Assembly (NCBI RefSeq): GCF_009914755.1
Contig: NC_060927.1
DNA: 64,000 nucleotides
Origin: the human T2T-CHM13v2.0 reference genome, Homo sapiens
Strand: one strand, 5' to 3'
Positions 60,051-64,000 of this stretch are shown one piece after another. A model generated the notes under the pieces. That model saw only the letters and a program-made list of their open reading frames with translations. It searched no databases and was not told where the DNA came from. A program made the position numbers and the translations under genes. Every line of letters begins with the position of its first letter. Position 1 is the stretch's first letter.

Positions 60051-61444
60051 GGTTGAAGTTCTCTGCCTTCCTGCCCACTTGAAATGTGGCTATTCGGACT
60101 ACATTTAAATGTTAACTAATTAAAATGTAAATACTATGTGTAGCTACGTATGCAGTGGAGCTCTACATACTTATTTTCTCCTTGCTTTTTCATGTAACTG
60201 TGTCTTGAAGCCCTTTCCATATCTATACATAAAGAACATCTTCATTCTTTTTTATACTTGTATAATATTGCTGGGTATAGGTATGCTTTTGTTTAATCAG
60301 TTTCCTCTTGATGGATATTCTAAGAGTTCTGCAGTGAATAGCCTTATACTGAACCATCTGCATATATGTTGGTGGAAGCCAGAACAATACATGAGAAATA
60401 ATTTAGTCATGATTTCTTATTTCATTTTTCACTTTGTAATAAGCAAGTATGAGGAAGGTGGACAGTAACATTCCAGCTGTAGAGGGCCTAGAAACATAAG
60501 CAGAAAAGAGATTTGTTTGTTCTGGATTACCTAGCATGTCTGGTGTAGAGCTCAGGTTTGAAAGCTGAGATTTTGCATTGTTGAGACTCTGGTGGATGTT
60601 TGGAAATGGTTTTCAGTAATTCTCATTATCCAGGAATGCGGGCAGGGGTGTATAGTCTTTCAGTTGTTATGTCAACAGAGACCAAGTGCCAGGTGGCTGT
60701 TAGAATTTGCACTGCATGGTTCTTTCCATTATCAATAGATGGGCTTGCAGAATGTACTTATCTAAAAAGTTTGTGCTAGGATGTAGAATATGCTTGTTTG
60801 AAGCACCATGGACAGTTTGGTTCTCTGCCATCCTTGCTTAAGACTGGTGGTCCTTAAAGGCAATTTGAGACTGTGACTTAGACATTCTCCAGGACCCTGT
60901 GTGTTGTTCTCCTGAGTGGGCAGGTAGATTCTCCTGCTACCTATGTCTTTGATTCCGATCTGAATTAATCACTGACCATTCCTCCATTCACTCAGATGAA
61001 CATTGTTCCCATGGTGTGTGGGGTTGATAGCATGGCTGACCAGGTCATGGATAGCCATTTTTGTACAGGCTGACAGAGGTGTGGTCCATCCCAAACTGCT
61101 CCTACTTGGCTGCTCTGAAAACATATTGAAGTAAGTATCAACTAAAATGAGACTTAGGGGGCATCTGTGGATTTCAGTTAAACCTCCATAGCTTCTATTT
61201 TCTGGTTGGCTAACAGGCCTTGGGACTTGCTGAAACTTGTCTGCTTTGGATTCGGGGTCTGTTAAAATATCTAAATGGGAATGATTTAAAATCAGAATAA
61301 AAAAATAAACTAACACATGCCTGTTTGGGAAAATTTGGAAAAGATAGGCAAGTATGAAGAACACAATAACATTTGCTTGTAAACTTACCAACAAGAAAGG
61401 ATGTATTCATGCAACAAATGTTTGTTGTGCATCTACTATGTCAA

Positions 61445-61590
61445 CACTTCAATGTGCATGTGAATCTCTTGGGGATTGTGTTACAGAGCAGATTCTGATT
61501 CAGCAGGTCTGGGGTAGGGCCTGAGGTTCAGCATTTCTAACACGCTCTCAGGGATATATTCACTGCTGGTCCACGAACTGCACTTTTAAT
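61445..61590. mobile_element. MER5A-like fragment
   Basis: gcagattctgattcagcaggtctggggtagggcctgag. Confidence 0.72.
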
Positions 61591-61661
61591 AGGATCTGAC
61601 CATAGGCTGGGTCTTATGCTTGTTCTTGTGTGTTTTCTTGCCATCCTTTTTAAGTGTGTAT

Positions 61662-62420
61662 GTTTTTTTAATTGTGACAAAATACACATAACATAAAATT
61701 TACCACCTTAACCATTTTTAAGCATACGGTTTAGTAGGGTTAAGAATGTTCACATTGTTCGTATTGAAAACAATGAAAATATTGAAAAGAATTAGATCTC
61801 CAGAATTCTTTTCATCTTGCAAATCTGAAACTCTATATTCATTAAACGACAGTTCCTCAATCCACTCTTTCCCCAGTCCCTGGAAACCACGCTTCTACTT
61901 TCTGTCTCTATGAATTTGACTACTCTAAGTACCTCATATAAGTAGAATTATACATTATTTATCCTTCTGTGTCTGGCTTATTTCAGTTAGCATAATGTCT
62001 TCAAGGTTCATCCATGTTGTAACGTATGTCAGAATTTCCTTTTTAAGGCTGGATAATATCCCATTGCATGTGTAGACCACCTTTTGCTTATCCATACATC
62101 AGTTGATGGACACTTGGGTTGCTTCCACCTTTTGGCAATTGTGAATAGTGTTGCTATGAACATGGGTGTACAAATACCTCTTTGAGACCCTGCTTTCAAT
62201 TCTTTGGGGTATATACCCAGAAACAGAATTGCTTGATCATATGTTAGTTCTATTTTTAATTCTTTGAGGGACTGCCATTTGGTTTTCCACAGTGGCTGCA
62301 GTATTTTACAAATCTACAAACAGTATACAAGGGTCCTGATTTCTCTGCATCCTTACCAACACTTATTATTTTCTGTGTTTTTGATAGTAGCCATCTAAGT
62401 GGATCTGAGGTGGTATTATT
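61662..62420 (-). mobile_element. L1MB-type 3' fragment
   Basis: aattgtgacaaaatacacataacataaaatttacc...gatggacacttgggttgcttccacc. Confidence 0.85.
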
Positions 62421-63047
62421 TATTAATTGCACACTTGCAATCATATGGTATGTACAATTTTACATCCTTTTTGTTAAATGTAACATTCTATCATAAGCAT
62501 TTTCCCCTACAGTTTGAATTTTGATAGAAAGCCTTTTCAGTCTCCTTCCTCTTTGAAGTGAAGTTGTTCATATTGATCTTTTTTCCTTTGTGGTTTCTTT
62601 CTTTGATTTTAAGCTTAGAAAGCTTCCCTATGTAGAGATCAAATAACATTCGCCAAGTTGAATCTATTTTTAAAATACTTCATTTTTAACATTTGCATCT
62701 AATACTCTGGCATTTGGTTGTTCTTTAAAAGCCCTTTGACTGCAAAGAATTACGCAAAATGTTAATAGTGGTTCTCCCTGGGTGGTGAGATTATTCATAA
62801 TTTTTTTCATGTATTGCTCTTATGAGTGAAAAAGTACATGTTATTTAAACCACAAAGGACCACGCTTTTGCCCATGGAACCAGCCCGGGTCAGCTCTGGA
62901 AGAGATGGGGGCATGGAATGTGGAGAATCTAGCTGATGGTGTATTCTTCCTGGACCTCCGCTTCCTCCATAGTAAAAAGAAGGATGGACTGTAGGGTCCT
63001 TTCTGGCCTCAAAGAAATTCATCAGGTTTTTAGGCCCAACTTGATAG

Positions 63048-63900
<853 letters not shown>

Positions 63901-64000
63901 AAACAGGCGTCCATTCCTTGGCTGAAGTAGTACCTCCCCAGCCTAATTAAATACTACACCTTTTTAGAGAGAAAGGGGTGAGAAGGCTGTGGACAGAGTG

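Overview
Primate (most likely human) genomic DNA. It contains the CpG-island promoter and first coding exon of GPD1L (+ strand, ATG 49825, splice donor after 49871), about 14 kb of its intron 1, and about 49 kb of upstream sequence made almost entirely of transposable elements. The upstream part holds three endogenous retroviruses: the 3' part of a MER41 provirus (1-6302); a complete, internally undeleted HERV-H provirus with both LTRs, a CAACC target-site duplication (TSD) and decayed gag/pro/pol/env (10582-19619, +); and a 2.9-kb heavily deleted HERV-K(HML-6) provirus (29813-32714, -). There are also many solo LTRs (THE1, LTR8, LTR9, LTR1, MER57, MER34-like, MER65-like, LTR3-like, LTR12), piggyBac MER75, hAT MER30/MER5, L1/L2/MIR fragments and about 40 Alus. 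Nearly all other ORFs in the track are repeat-derived or GC-rich artefacts. I did not find a convincing undescribed biological system. The best leads are the atypical (Phe-like) HERV-H primer-binding site, a gag-dUTPase in-frame fusion in the HML-6 element, a MER41 snippet inside an Alu, a chimeric Alu matching a copy across the GPD1L promoter, a CpG-asymmetric 99-bp duplication, and LTRs placed where they could affect GPD1L. Repeat subfamily names come from recalled consensus sequences, and boundaries without a stated TSD are approximate.
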